IMG/VR virus record: IMGVR_UViG_3300043442_000977
Span: 1-24,456 of that record
Source: a virus
Taxonomy: Duplodnaviria; Caudoviricetes
Reading direction: 5' to 3' (one strand)
Length of the DNA stretch: 24,456 bases
Part shown: one piece after another, positions 14,401-22,874 of the stretch
How positions within the stretch are numbered: position 1 is the first letter of the stretch
Layout of the letters: each line of letters starts with the position of its first letter
Notes under the pieces: generated by a model
The model's database searches: none
Told to the model about the DNA's origin: nothing
What the model saw: the letters and a program-made list of their open reading frames with translations, nothing else
Made by a program: the position numbers and the translations under genes

Positions 14401-17282
14401 CCGTCGCACTGCTTGGCGGAAATTTCACAACTCTCGTCACTTCTGCTGTGCTTGTTTACGGAGCATTTCAAACTCTCAGGCTTTCCGTGCTTGCAGTTGT
14501 TGGCGTGTTTAAGCTTTTGGACATTGCCTCGCAAGTTGTAGGCATGAGCAAAGCGGCGCAGTCTGCAGGGGCGCTGGCCTTGGCTTTGCAAAGTGTAGGC
14601 ATTCAAGCGACGACGGCTCAAGCTGGCATGGTTGGCTTTCGTGCCGCCATTATCGCAGTGGCTGGGGCGACTGGTATTGGACTACTGCTGGTTGGACTGG
14701 GAGCACTGATCACTCATCTCATGAACGTTGGCGCTGCCGCAGACGAAAGCAAAAGAAGGCTGTCTTCTGCAATTATTGAAGCCAAGCGATTGGCGGTGGA
14801 AGGGCAAGTGATGCCGTTGGAAGCGAGAATAGCAGAAATTAAGCGAGTAGAGGCTGCGGACAAGCAAGCAATTGCTCTTTACCAGCAGTTAGAAGGTAAG
14901 CGTAGATTGGCACGGGAGAACGCTCTTCCTCTAACAGAGGAGCAAGTGGACATTTTAGGAGCATCGAAGTTGACAGAAGAGGCGCTGGGAGGACGACCCG
15001 GAGCGCGTACTTTTGAGAGCAGGGGAAACTTGGCTCGCAAATTTGCCGAAGAGAGCGCACTTAGAGCAGAAGAATTGCGAAAGTTTGAGCGACAGGTTCC
15101 AGAAGCGCGTAGGCAGGCTCAAAGAATGGGCTTAAATGTGCCCACTCCCGGACAACTTCCTCCCGATGAGCTAGACGCCAAGGCAGATGCTGCTCGTGTA
15201 AGGGCTGCCGAAAATGCTCGCAAGCTTGCGGATGATCAACGCAAGTACGAAGCTGATCTAATGAAGATGGGCGCCGAGCAAGCCATGGCCCTGGACGACA
15301 TGACCTTTTCCCATTGGAAAGACTTGCAAAAGGCTAAATACGATTTACTGGAAGCCGGTCAAAACGAATGGATGAGTCGAGAGATTAAATTCCAGCGCGA
15401 TCTTCAGGCCATTGAAATTCGTCGCATGGAAGCCGTTCGCGCTGTTCGCGCTGAAACACAAAAAGCAGAAATAGAAGCGCAATCACGAGCATATATTGCG
15501 GGCGGGAAGACTGGCGCCACTGGCCTTCTGCAGGGCAGTACTGGCGTTTCTAGTGGTCCACATTTTGATGTGAGGCGAGCCGATGGAACACGCATTTCAG
15601 AAGCCGAAGCTCGTGCACTGTTTGATGAAAGCGTCAGAAAACGATTGCAAATGACTAGCGGATACGGCCCGCGCAATACTGGTATTCCGGGTGCTAGCAC
15701 CTTCCACCGTGGAATTGATCTTGCTGGACCCGCAAATACACCCCTAAATCTTGCCCCTGGTTATTCAATGTTAAGTGCGGGCATGGAGGGCGGATTGGGT
15801 TATACAGCTAATATTCAGGGTCCTCAAGGTCAAAGATATAAAGTGGGACACCTGCAACAGCCCCAGGGAGGTGCTCCTGCATCACGAGTAAGAGCGGAGC
15901 AGAGAAAGGATAACAATGAAGCACTTGCAATGCAAGCGGCAGTCAACGCAAAGGAGCGAGAGTCGCTCGGAATCAAGCAGGCCAATGCTATGGCTCAGCA
16001 GGAGATAAATATTTTAATTAAAGAGTATGTGGCATCAATGATACCTGTCGAACAACAAAAACTGGAAAATTCCTTGATGCAAGATCGCATCAACTTGATG
16101 TCTTCTGGGGTTCTTGGTGAAGCGTTAAACACTGAAATAGCAATCAACAAGGCTAAGCGGCAAACTGCACTTGGCATTGCGGAGTCGGAAAAGATTATTG
16201 CTGATAACGCTGAGCTTGTTAAAAAAGGAGGGAAGGAAGCCGAAAGAGCGGCAAACAATATTGCCTTTCAAAGACAAAAAATTGATGAAGCCAAAAAGGC
16301 TCTTGAGAACTATTTGCCACTTTTACGAGAGCAGTTGCAGCTCCAGCAACAACAAGCGGAAATGGAGCTTCGAGGGTCAATCCAGCGAGCCACTCCACTA
16401 GGCGGAACAGGATTATCTGGCGGCTTCATTGGAGAAGCGGCATCTCGTTACGAGGAAGCGCTTGGCAGGGGGGCGTCGCAGCAAGACGCAACGCGTTTTG
16501 CAGAGCTTCAGAATCAATTGACCATGCTCGAAACGCGAAATAATGCGGTCAGATCTTCGATTTTGGCCATTGGAGACGCCTTCGGCACTGCCATGACCGC
16601 TGGAGTGGCAAGCCTTGTAGACGGCACCGCGAGCGCCCAGGAAGTGTTTGCTAATTTCTTGAAGGGCGTTGGCGAAGCCCTGTTGCAAGCTGCGCAACAA
16701 ATGATCGCCACTTACATTGCCATTGGCATTGCCCGTATTTTTGCGGGCCTTGGCAGTTCCCTTGGAGGTGCCAACGCTAATCTAAGCGGCACTGGCGCAT
16801 TGGCTTCGCCAGTTTCTGGACTCTCTGTGGGTGGCGCATCTGCCGTAACAAGCTATGCTCCCTCGGCCGTCTCAACTTCTTTCGCCGGCGCTGCATTCCC
16901 GGCGTCTTCCTTCACGCCATTTGCAAATGGTGGAATCGTCAATGGTCCCACTCTCAGTCTTATGGGCGAAGGCAAATACAATGAAGCCATTGTCCCCTTG
17001 CCTGATGGTCGCTCCATTCCCGTGCAACTAAGAGGTTTCTCCCAGGGGTCAAGAGACCTTATTGGCTCTTCTGGTTCTTCTGCAGGATCTCCCGTGCTCA
17101 ATATGAGTTTTGAGACTACGACGATCAATGGAGTGGAATATGTTAGTAGAGACCAGCTCGAGCAGGCTATGATGGAAACACGCAAAAACGCTGCTCGCGA
17201 AGGCGCTGCTCGTGGTGCTTCTCTCGCCATTGACAAGCTTCAGCAGAGTCCCAGCACTCGTCGGAAAGTTGGACTGGCTTAA
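11463..17282 (+). CDS. Tail tape measure protein with an embedded M23-like peptidase domain
   Basis: 1939 aa, Ala/Gly/Gln-rich. Tape-measure domain 'GQMASKGQIMSEELKGQLGD', 'LGIASPSRVF', C-terminal 'FANGGIVNGPT...GEG...EAIVPL', a hydrophobic central stretch, and 'TSGYGPR...HRGIDL'. Confidence 0.93.
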   Translation: MAGEAGASNVGLQLSVTLDLAAFRKQLGLAAQAAAAYYYPINVFIDKRNFDRQLDNIDRQFARRNYRLEVITNFAAEIDYADKLITKIQQVKQAANGGQTAGKVPPVGLVNASNLNLTKKDQGVSVGEIKALYESLAIAGVEGFERGSKKTRLQMIAQIQTVGQDVMAGLLNGLGSGDAALEAAAKNLGTVLITTFKRLLGIASPSRVFRELGRNIGEGFEQGVIASMDKAFDALERQLRQRLAVLQGMMSGGRGAFPFVAKTGPIEQKALFAESANLARKIDQTRAEISQIQARRESRMSLQRESLAQSAGRILPPARDRSLPAARGAIFPQDTATEQVLQGFFRSLRNAQDFFARNFSANTYLSKASYQFATSMNEASRLLREQRIAGLLPSLEMLEPLKFQRAIQAAQKIDAANAFKGLLSTPLLPGVGMTGSTAAARATLSGQQFRAPSLGRTEAGQPGAAMAESGPIADRLRQAAVNFSKNAPSVIKYLNLFSTAGGINIGDLPGPGESPGQYIRRIQQSLQLQLKQGGFGAGTVPSRTEFFQPGRGPQLPGMPIQPLLPPGGGTGGGDRVRGVEPDRGGALALAKSPSTDLPKNYFENAKKYSAALGMARATMDKFSAAQVPFIGGLQGLAAEFGMATKQVLLYGTAYKGLAFVTSLPGQLLNAAKGQQQYNNALKTATQDTGTYAKELLYVDGVQRAFGLDLEITRQGFARLYASMGPAGFDSGSIEKLFTGISAATAALQLTPDKAERVIYAFGQMASKGQIMSEELKGQLGDVLPGALAIFAKAAGMSVKEFNKAMEDGEFVGKRFREVFAQVSDQLMTRFGTGAQAAGRSLQGLLNTVRGEFLRTLEALSPLADAAAKAVLAPLGEGLKTMAVGAQIATGEMGRVAKQVQEAQQVVADLKKQNADQKDIDAASQSLVALEARLRSLQLASTDPAIMDAAKNIDAFTKELAKAGQFVMTVAQGIGRVLGPAVALLGGNFTTLVTSAVLVYGAFQTLRLSVLAVVGVFKLLDIASQVVGMSKAAQSAGALALALQSVGIQATTAQAGMVGFRAAIIAVAGATGIGLLLVGLGALITHLMNVGAAADESKRRLSSAIIEAKRLAVEGQVMPLEARIAEIKRVEAADKQAIALYQQLEGKRRLARENALPLTEEQVDILGASKLTEEALGGRPGARTFESRGNLARKFAEESALRAEELRKFERQVPEARRQAQRMGLNVPTPGQLPPDELDAKADAARVRAAENARKLADDQRKYEADLMKMGAEQAMALDDMTFSHWKDLQKAKYDLLEAGQNEWMSREIKFQRDLQAIEIRRMEAVRAVRAETQKAEIEAQSRAYIAGGKTGATGLLQGSTGVSSGPHFDVRRADGTRISEAEARALFDESVRKRLQMTSGYGPRNTGIPGASTFHRGIDLAGPANTPLNLAPGYSMLSAGMEGGLGYTANIQGPQGQRYKVGHLQQPQGGAPASRVRAEQRKDNNEALAMQAAVNAKERESLGIKQANAMAQQEINILIKEYVASMIPVEQQKLENSLMQDRINLMSSGVLGEALNTEIAINKAKRQTALGIAESEKIIADNAELVKKGGKEAERAANNIAFQRQKIDEAKKALENYLPLLREQLQLQQQQAEMELRGSIQRATPLGGTGLSGGFIGEAASRYEEALGRGASQQDATRFAELQNQLTMLETRNNAVRSSILAIGDAFGTAMTAGVASLVDGTASAQEVFANFLKGVGEALLQAAQQMIATYIAIGIARIFAGLGSSLGGANANLSGTGALASPVSGLSVGGASAVTSYAPSAVSTSFAGAAFPASSFTPFANGGIVNGPTLSLMGEGKYNEAIVPLPDGRSIPVQLRGFSQGSRDLIGSSGSSAGSPVLNMSFETTTINGVEYVSRDQLEQAMMETRKNAAREGAARGASLAIDKLQQSPSTRRKVGLA

Positions 17283-17284
17283 TC

Positions 17285-17671
17285 ATGGCTGATTTTCCTA
17301 CGCTACGACCAACAAGCCGTTCGCTTACCTTCGGGCAGTACCCCATAAAGACTTATCGTGCTTTATCTGGGAAAGTATTGCGTCGCAGCTTTGGCAATAG
17401 GCCCTTTGGTCACACTCTAGATCTCACTTTTGAGAATGTTGTTGACGAGACGGTAAACCAAGTTTTTGATCATTACAATGCTCAACAGGGCGGCACTTTA
17501 GGATTTGCACTACCAGATTCAATCTTCTCTGGTGCCTCCGCCAGTATGATCAGCCGCCTGAAGACTCCCGCTGGCATTGAATGGATTTATGCAGAGCCTC
17601 CATCCGTCGAAAGTGTGTTCGATGGGAGGAGTAGTATCAGTGTGAAATTAGTGGGCGAGATTGTTCCATGA
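17285..17671 (+). CDS. Distal tail protein (lambda gpM-like position)
   Basis: Immediately follows the tape measure. 128 aa, with an 'LDLTFENV...FDHYNAQQG...F.LP' pattern. Confidence 0.6.
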   Translation: MADFPTLRPTSRSLTFGQYPIKTYRALSGKVLRRSFGNRPFGHTLDLTFENVVDETVNQVFDHYNAQQGGTLGFALPDSIFSGASASMISRLKTPAGIEWIYAEPPSVESVFDGRSSISVKLVGEIVP

Positions 17672-18186
17672 GCACTTTGCGCATTGTTCAATACTTCACG
17701 CTTAAGGCGTATGCAAGTGATTTTAATTGGCTCGAGCCTGAGAATTCTGGCAGCAATAAGGACAAGGTGTATCGACACTACTATCAAAACTTTTTCGTAA
17801 ACGAAACGAAAAGGTGGAACAATGAGAACTATCAATTTGCCCCATTTCGAGTGGAAGGCACGTCCTCTGCTCTTGGTGGCGACAATCCTATGGCTCAAGT
17901 GTTGTTTCCAAATGTGGAATACGCCATTCGCTTAGTAGAGCAAGGCAATGGAAACAGGCTTAGTAAGCTAATAATCACGACGGCATGGCTGAACGAAGCC
18001 CTGCAGCCGGATGCAAGGGTTTACCAAGAAAGATACATTGGCCTTGGTGCCGCTTTTTCTGAAACCACTATTGAGCTTCGTTTTAGAAGTGCAATGGACA
18101 GTGTGTCTGGGCGCTTTCCGGCTCGAACATTTTCCCGAAACAATGTTGGTCTTCTCCCATTGAGCGCTGATTTGTCGTTCCGTTAA
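17668..18186 (+). CDS. Minor tail tip protein (gpL-like position)
   Basis: Synteny, ATGA overlap, and the 'YQFAPF' and 'FPARTF' motifs. Confidence 0.55.
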   Translation: MSTLRIVQYFTLKAYASDFNWLEPENSGSNKDKVYRHYYQNFFVNETKRWNNENYQFAPFRVEGTSSALGGDNPMAQVLFPNVEYAIRLVEQGNGNRLSKLIITTAWLNEALQPDARVYQERYIGLGAAFSETTIELRFRSAMDSVSGRFPARTFSRNNVGLLPLSADLSFR

Positions 18187-18196
18187 GGAGCATAAA

Positions 18197-18589
18197 ATGA
18201 CCAACTACAATGACTTAATTGGCTTGAAGCATAAATATGCAGCATCGCCAAGCGATGGAGAAGGATATACAGACTGTTGGCTTTTGTGCATGGAAGTGCG
18301 TCGTCGTCTTGGCTTGAAGCATTGTCGAGAAGCCTTCAATTGGGTGTATGAAGATTATTCGGAGGAAGAGCTAACGATCAAGCGCATTTTGAGATGGCTG
18401 CTGCAGCAAGGGGAGATCATTAAAGAGCCTCGTCCTGGCGCTGTTTTTTACATGCCCTCTTCCCCATCGATCTTGGCTATGGCAGTGGTAACAGACGATG
18501 ACCGTTGCCTGTTCATTGGCCCTAGTAAGATGGTGATTGCAGCGCCATTGTCAATGGTGCGACCAAAGAAATTTTTCTGGGCGGATTAA
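18197..18589 (+). CDS. NlpC/P60-like tail assembly protein (gpK-like)
   Basis: 'LIGLKH...G.TDCWLLCMEVRRRLG' and 'EPRPGAV' motifs, with an AAGGAG RBS. Confidence 0.7.
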   Translation: MTNYNDLIGLKHKYAASPSDGEGYTDCWLLCMEVRRRLGLKHCREAFNWVYEDYSEEELTIKRILRWLLQQGEIIKEPRPGAVFYMPSSPSILAMAVVTDDDRCLFIGPSKMVIAAPLSMVRPKKFFWAD

Positions 18590-21500
18590 ATGAGCGACAA
18601 TCAGCGGCGACTGCTTCCTTACGAGCATCAGCTTATTGAAGCTCTTGGCGTGTCAAAAGAAGACTATTTAAGCTTTGTCGCTCAACAACATATTTACAAC
18701 GACGTTAAGGAAGGCACTGTTCTCGATGTAAGGAATGCAGAAGGGACCGTCGCCCTTGTTTTGGCCATTGTCGGAATGTTGGCGCAAGTGGCATCAATAC
18801 TGCTCATGCCCAGGCCAAGCATTCCCTCTGTTTCTGCTGGTCCCGGACAAGTGTCGTCAAGGGAGGAAGTATTTGCGCCTCGTTTTGGCTTCAATAGCGT
18901 GCAGCAATTGGCGGCCTACGGTGATCCCGTCAATCTTGTCTATACAAATCGCGAGGTCAATCCTCAAGGCGGTGTGCGTATTGCTGGCTCCCTTATTTGG
19001 TCTGCAGTGCAAAGCTATGGGAACAGTCAGTTCGTTCAATTGCTTTTTGTGCTTGGAGCCGGGGGGCTTGGCGCCATCGACTTAAAGCGAAGTGCTTTTG
19101 GTCAAACTGCGCTTCGTGATTTGATTGCGCAAAACTATTGGAACTATTTTGAGTCTCAATACACGGGCGCATTGCGCAATGCAAGCTTGCGCCCTGATCC
19201 CTACGGACAAGTGCAAGGGGCCGACCCCAGTGCCGCTGGAGAAGCCTTTTCTAACCCCTACCGCATTCGCACTGCTCCAGGCTCAGCGCTCGACAGGGTC
19301 GAAGGCTTCAGTCACGCCTATTCTCCATCGACCGCCAACACCTTCGGCATTTACGGCATTCTTCCCATTGCAGTGCAAATTAGAACGCGCAACGAAAAGG
19401 GAGACTTTGAAATTGCCGATAACCGCGTGACAAGCAATTTCAGAACATCGTCCCTTGGCTTCATTGATATTGGACAGGAGATTGAAATTATCATTGAAGA
19501 TCCTGAGTTCGGCGATGATACATTGGCCGGCAAAACAGCAAGCAATCTTCGCTCAAACTATATCAATATCTTTGACAATTCTGGCATCTTCAAGCTGGGC
19601 TCTACAAAATTTCGTCCCATTCGTTTGGAATATGCAGGGCGCAGTTTAGTCGTAAAACTCAAGGCCATCGAAGGGGGGCGCGGAAGTTTTATCCCTTATG
19701 CAGCGCTTGCTCAGCAAGACTTGGGAAACTACAAAGTTGGAGAGGAAGCTGATACCAGCTTAAATGATCTCTCGACAAGACTCAATGCAATCAACTATCA
19801 AGTGCAATCACTATTAAATGAGGACAATCGTAGAGTTGACGATGATGAAGCTCGGAGCTTCAGAGGAACAGGAAGAGAGCTATCTCCATTAGAGCTGGCG
19901 GATAAAGGCAATGTATACAGATGGGAGGCTTTCGTTTCCATGGAACTTTTAAGGCCAGGCGGAGTTGCCAGAGAAGTGCTCCGTGAACGTTTAATTTTTA
20001 TTCGCACATTAAACGCACAAGAGATCAGTGTTTTGCGTGAATACGATAGCTTGCAAAGTGAGTTTCGCAGACGGCGAGATGGCGCTTTTTATGTTAAGGC
20101 TCTCGTCCGCACAGAAGAAGCTGCGTATGAAACAATTTCTCCTTGTAATATTGTTGATTTTTCTATCAAGGCTCGCGTATTTAAGCGTGTAAGCGGCAGG
20201 CAAACCGTCTATGGATCATCACAACGTCCGGGATACCCCGCAAGCGACAATGGCCTAAAAATGCGCAGTGCAATGTTTACTGTGCGCTACAAAAGAACCA
20301 CCGACGCAAACTACACTTATTTTCCAGGCATATTTGTCGTTCGCCGTTCTGCCGATATTGACAACTATGTGTTCCTAAGGTTTCATGCGCCCAACGGTGA
20401 GCAGGCTCATTGGCAGTTTAAGTTTGAGCCAGTATTTGATCCGCCGGCAGAATTCGCCAAGAATCCCACTCTCGTTAGTCCTAATGGCTCTCGCTTGTTT
20501 CATTATCTAGAGAATTTTGGTTCTCCTATTTTCAATGCTCCCTTTGAGCATGTGGGCTCATCCAGTCAAAGCATTGCATCTTTCCCTCCATTGAATGACA
20601 ATCCGGTGGGCATGGATGAATGGGGGCTGTTCACAGTGTCGTCTGACGAGCAGTTGCAGTTTTCGTTTGATAACGGCCCGGAAATGGCTATTGCGGCCGT
20701 GTCCGAGCAAATCGTCACGCCTTTTTCTGGGTTTCCAACGCTCTACAAGAATCTGGCCCTGTTTGGCCTCAATATGTATTCAGGGCGCAATGTTCAAGAT
20801 TTGCGATCGTTTTCAGTGTTTGCCGACAAGGGAAGGCACACGAGGGCGCTGCGAACAGAAGGCGTTGTCAATGGACTTCCATGGGGGCACCCGGATTTTG
20901 AATATTTGACCAATGGAAACGAAGTGTTCGCAAATACGGCTCCCGATATTTTTATTGATACTGTTCTGGACGTTGACGATGGCATTGGAGCGTATGCCGA
21001 CTTAGATGGCACAAACTTGGAGCAGCTCGCGAGGAGCAAGAAGTTTTGCTTGCGCAATAAACTTTTCATGGATGGCATTATTGCAGAGCCAAGTTCATGG
21101 AGGGAGTTCTGGTCTCGGATTGCAGGCTTTAGTTTGCTCGAGCTTGGCAGACAGGGCGGGCAAGATGTGCTAGTTCCGGCAGTCCCCTACGATCGCCAAA
21201 CTGGAGAAATCTCTCGCAATGTCAGCATTAGTGCATTATTCAATGCTGGCAACATTCTGGAAGATAGCTACAAAGAAGAATTTATCGACTATGGAGATAG
21301 CACTCAGGATGTTATTCTGACAATGATTTATCGCACCACGGACGCGGACGCTGCTTTTTCCAGGAACGCAACAGTTGAAGTGAAATTTGCTGACATCATT
21401 GAAAACAATGCGCTTCGCGAGACGATTGACATGTCTGCTTTCGTCACCCGCAAGGAGCAGGCAATTGCAGTGGGCAAGCTTTTGTGCAATATTCGTCGCT

Positions 21501-22021
21501 TTAGTCGTCGCGCCATTGAATTTAAGACTTTCCCCGTGGACGGGCCAGTGTTCCCAGGCGCCTACATCTACATGGAACTGGCGCAGAATCAATGGCAAAA
21601 CATTTACAGCGGATCAATTGAGGAGAATGATTTTCTCAACACTCCATTGACGACAAGCATTCCGAACGGCGACTATTCAATGTTGCTTTATCGTCCCACT
21701 GGCACCACTACTTTTCCGGCCGATTCAGTGAATATTAATAATTTTGTACGCGTCAGAGTGCGCAATGGAAGAGGGTATCGTTTGGAAGGCGGCAACGAGT
21801 ATCCGCTACTAGGAGGACGGGGCTATTTGTTTGTTCTTGGCACCTCTATGGCCAATAAACGAGTGTTTCGCGTGACGGAAGTATTGATGGACGAAGAAGG
21901 AGAAACAACCATTCGTGCAGTAGAACACGGAACAGACGCCAATGGCTTGTCTCTTATTTCTCGTGGCATTGCAAACATAGAGCCAGGCCTGTTTATGATT
22001 GACAGCGAATTAGAGCAATAG
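18590..22021 (+). CDS. Central tail tip / host-specificity protein (gpI/J-like)
   Basis: 1143 aa, following the NlpC/P60 gene. Hydrophobic N-terminal segment, 'LAAYGDPVNLVY', 'GGVRIAGSLIWS', 'ALFNAGNI' and C-terminal 'FRVTEV...TTIRAVE'. Confidence 0.78.
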   Translation: MSDNQRRLLPYEHQLIEALGVSKEDYLSFVAQQHIYNDVKEGTVLDVRNAEGTVALVLAIVGMLAQVASILLMPRPSIPSVSAGPGQVSSREEVFAPRFGFNSVQQLAAYGDPVNLVYTNREVNPQGGVRIAGSLIWSAVQSYGNSQFVQLLFVLGAGGLGAIDLKRSAFGQTALRDLIAQNYWNYFESQYTGALRNASLRPDPYGQVQGADPSAAGEAFSNPYRIRTAPGSALDRVEGFSHAYSPSTANTFGIYGILPIAVQIRTRNEKGDFEIADNRVTSNFRTSSLGFIDIGQEIEIIIEDPEFGDDTLAGKTASNLRSNYINIFDNSGIFKLGSTKFRPIRLEYAGRSLVVKLKAIEGGRGSFIPYAALAQQDLGNYKVGEEADTSLNDLSTRLNAINYQVQSLLNEDNRRVDDDEARSFRGTGRELSPLELADKGNVYRWEAFVSMELLRPGGVAREVLRERLIFIRTLNAQEISVLREYDSLQSEFRRRRDGAFYVKALVRTEEAAYETISPCNIVDFSIKARVFKRVSGRQTVYGSSQRPGYPASDNGLKMRSAMFTVRYKRTTDANYTYFPGIFVVRRSADIDNYVFLRFHAPNGEQAHWQFKFEPVFDPPAEFAKNPTLVSPNGSRLFHYLENFGSPIFNAPFEHVGSSSQSIASFPPLNDNPVGMDEWGLFTVSSDEQLQFSFDNGPEMAIAAVSEQIVTPFSGFPTLYKNLALFGLNMYSGRNVQDLRSFSVFADKGRHTRALRTEGVVNGLPWGHPDFEYLTNGNEVFANTAPDIFIDTVLDVDDGIGAYADLDGTNLEQLARSKKFCLRNKLFMDGIIAEPSSWREFWSRIAGFSLLELGRQGGQDVLVPAVPYDRQTGEISRNVSISALFNAGNILEDSYKEEFIDYGDSTQDVILTMIYRTTDADAAFSRNATVEVKFADIIENNALRETIDMSAFVTRKEQAIAVGKLLCNIRRFSRRAIEFKTFPVDGPVFPGAYIYMELAQNQWQNIYSGSIEENDFLNTPLTTSIPNGDYSMLLYRPTGTTTFPADSVNINNFVRVRVRNGRGYRLEGGNEYPLLGGRGYLFVLGTSMANKRVFRVTEVLMDEEGETTIRAVEHGTDANGLSLISRGIANIEPGLFMIDSELEQ

Positions 22022-22066
22022 TGTGTTTAGAATACTGATAGACTTATTTCAAAAGCTTTGTAGACG

Positions 22067-22867
22067 ATGGCTGTTCTCACTGGAAATGATGGAGTGATGT
22101 ACATCGCTCCCCTGGGAAGCACTGGCCTGAACGGAGTTTTCACTGTCAACGTGGTGGCTTCACTTCTTGTTACTAGGGGAGAGGAGCTGATTGTCGGAAC
22201 CAGTCAAGGAAGTGGAGATGGCGCGAGAGTAAGGGCTCTAGACACAATCACTGCGGCGGCCACTTCCAGGTCGTGTCGGTTTGAAGTGATTTATGGCGGG
22301 GGGGCTGGATACGCGGTTGGAAACAAGCTAGATTTCTTTAGATACGTCAACGGCACAAAGGTATTCGTCACAACTCTTGGTGCAATTACGCTTACCGAGG
22401 CAAACACTGCCGCAGTAGAAAACACTGTTGACATTTGGGAACCCGGCTATCAAGTGGCCAAAATTCGCAGTTGGACACTCAATAGCGCGTCGGAGGTAAT
22501 TGAAACTACGAGTTTGGGAGACCAAACCAAGACTTATGCCCCGTCAATGACATCCAACGACGGATCAGCCACTCTTTTATTTTACGAGCAAGATGCTGAT
22601 AGTGCATATCTAGCTGATATTTATGAATACATGGATATTTTATTCCCCGTGACTAAACCAAGGGAGGTGGCAATGAGTCTGCTGATCAGTCGTGGCACCT
22701 ATACCAGCGATGGCAGTGACTGGTGGAAGACCAACTTTGCCTTCAATGCTTTTGTAACAAGCGCCAGCGTCGGGGTGGCATTTGGAGAAGTTGTCACTGT
22801 TGATGTTAACTTTACAGTGAATGGTCCGCTTCGCGATCGCCCTTGGAAAGGCGGACGCATTTTCTGA
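22067..22867 (+). CDS. Tail-tube-like structural protein with an N-proximal insertion
   Basis: 'LTGNDG', 'KIRSWTL...EVIETTSLGD...GSATLLF' and 'FNAFVTSASVGV...VTVDVNFTVNG' resemble tube-fold proteins. Confidence 0.55.
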   Translation: MAVLTGNDGVMYIAPLGSTGLNGVFTVNVVASLLVTRGEELIVGTSQGSGDGARVRALDTITAAATSRSCRFEVIYGGGAGYAVGNKLDFFRYVNGTKVFVTTLGAITLTEANTAAVENTVDIWEPGYQVAKIRSWTLNSASEVIETTSLGDQTKTYAPSMTSNDGSATLLFYEQDADSAYLADIYEYMDILFPVTKPREVAMSLLISRGTYTSDGSDWWKTNFAFNAFVTSASVGVAFGEVVTVDVNFTVNGPLRDRPWKGGRIF

Positions 22868-22874
22868 TTGCTTT

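Noticed and set aside
13180-22840. Cyanobacterial HIP1 octamer GCGATCGC at 13180 and 22833
   Set aside because: Only two copies noticed in 24 kb without an exhaustive count, which is too few to claim enrichment or infer the host.
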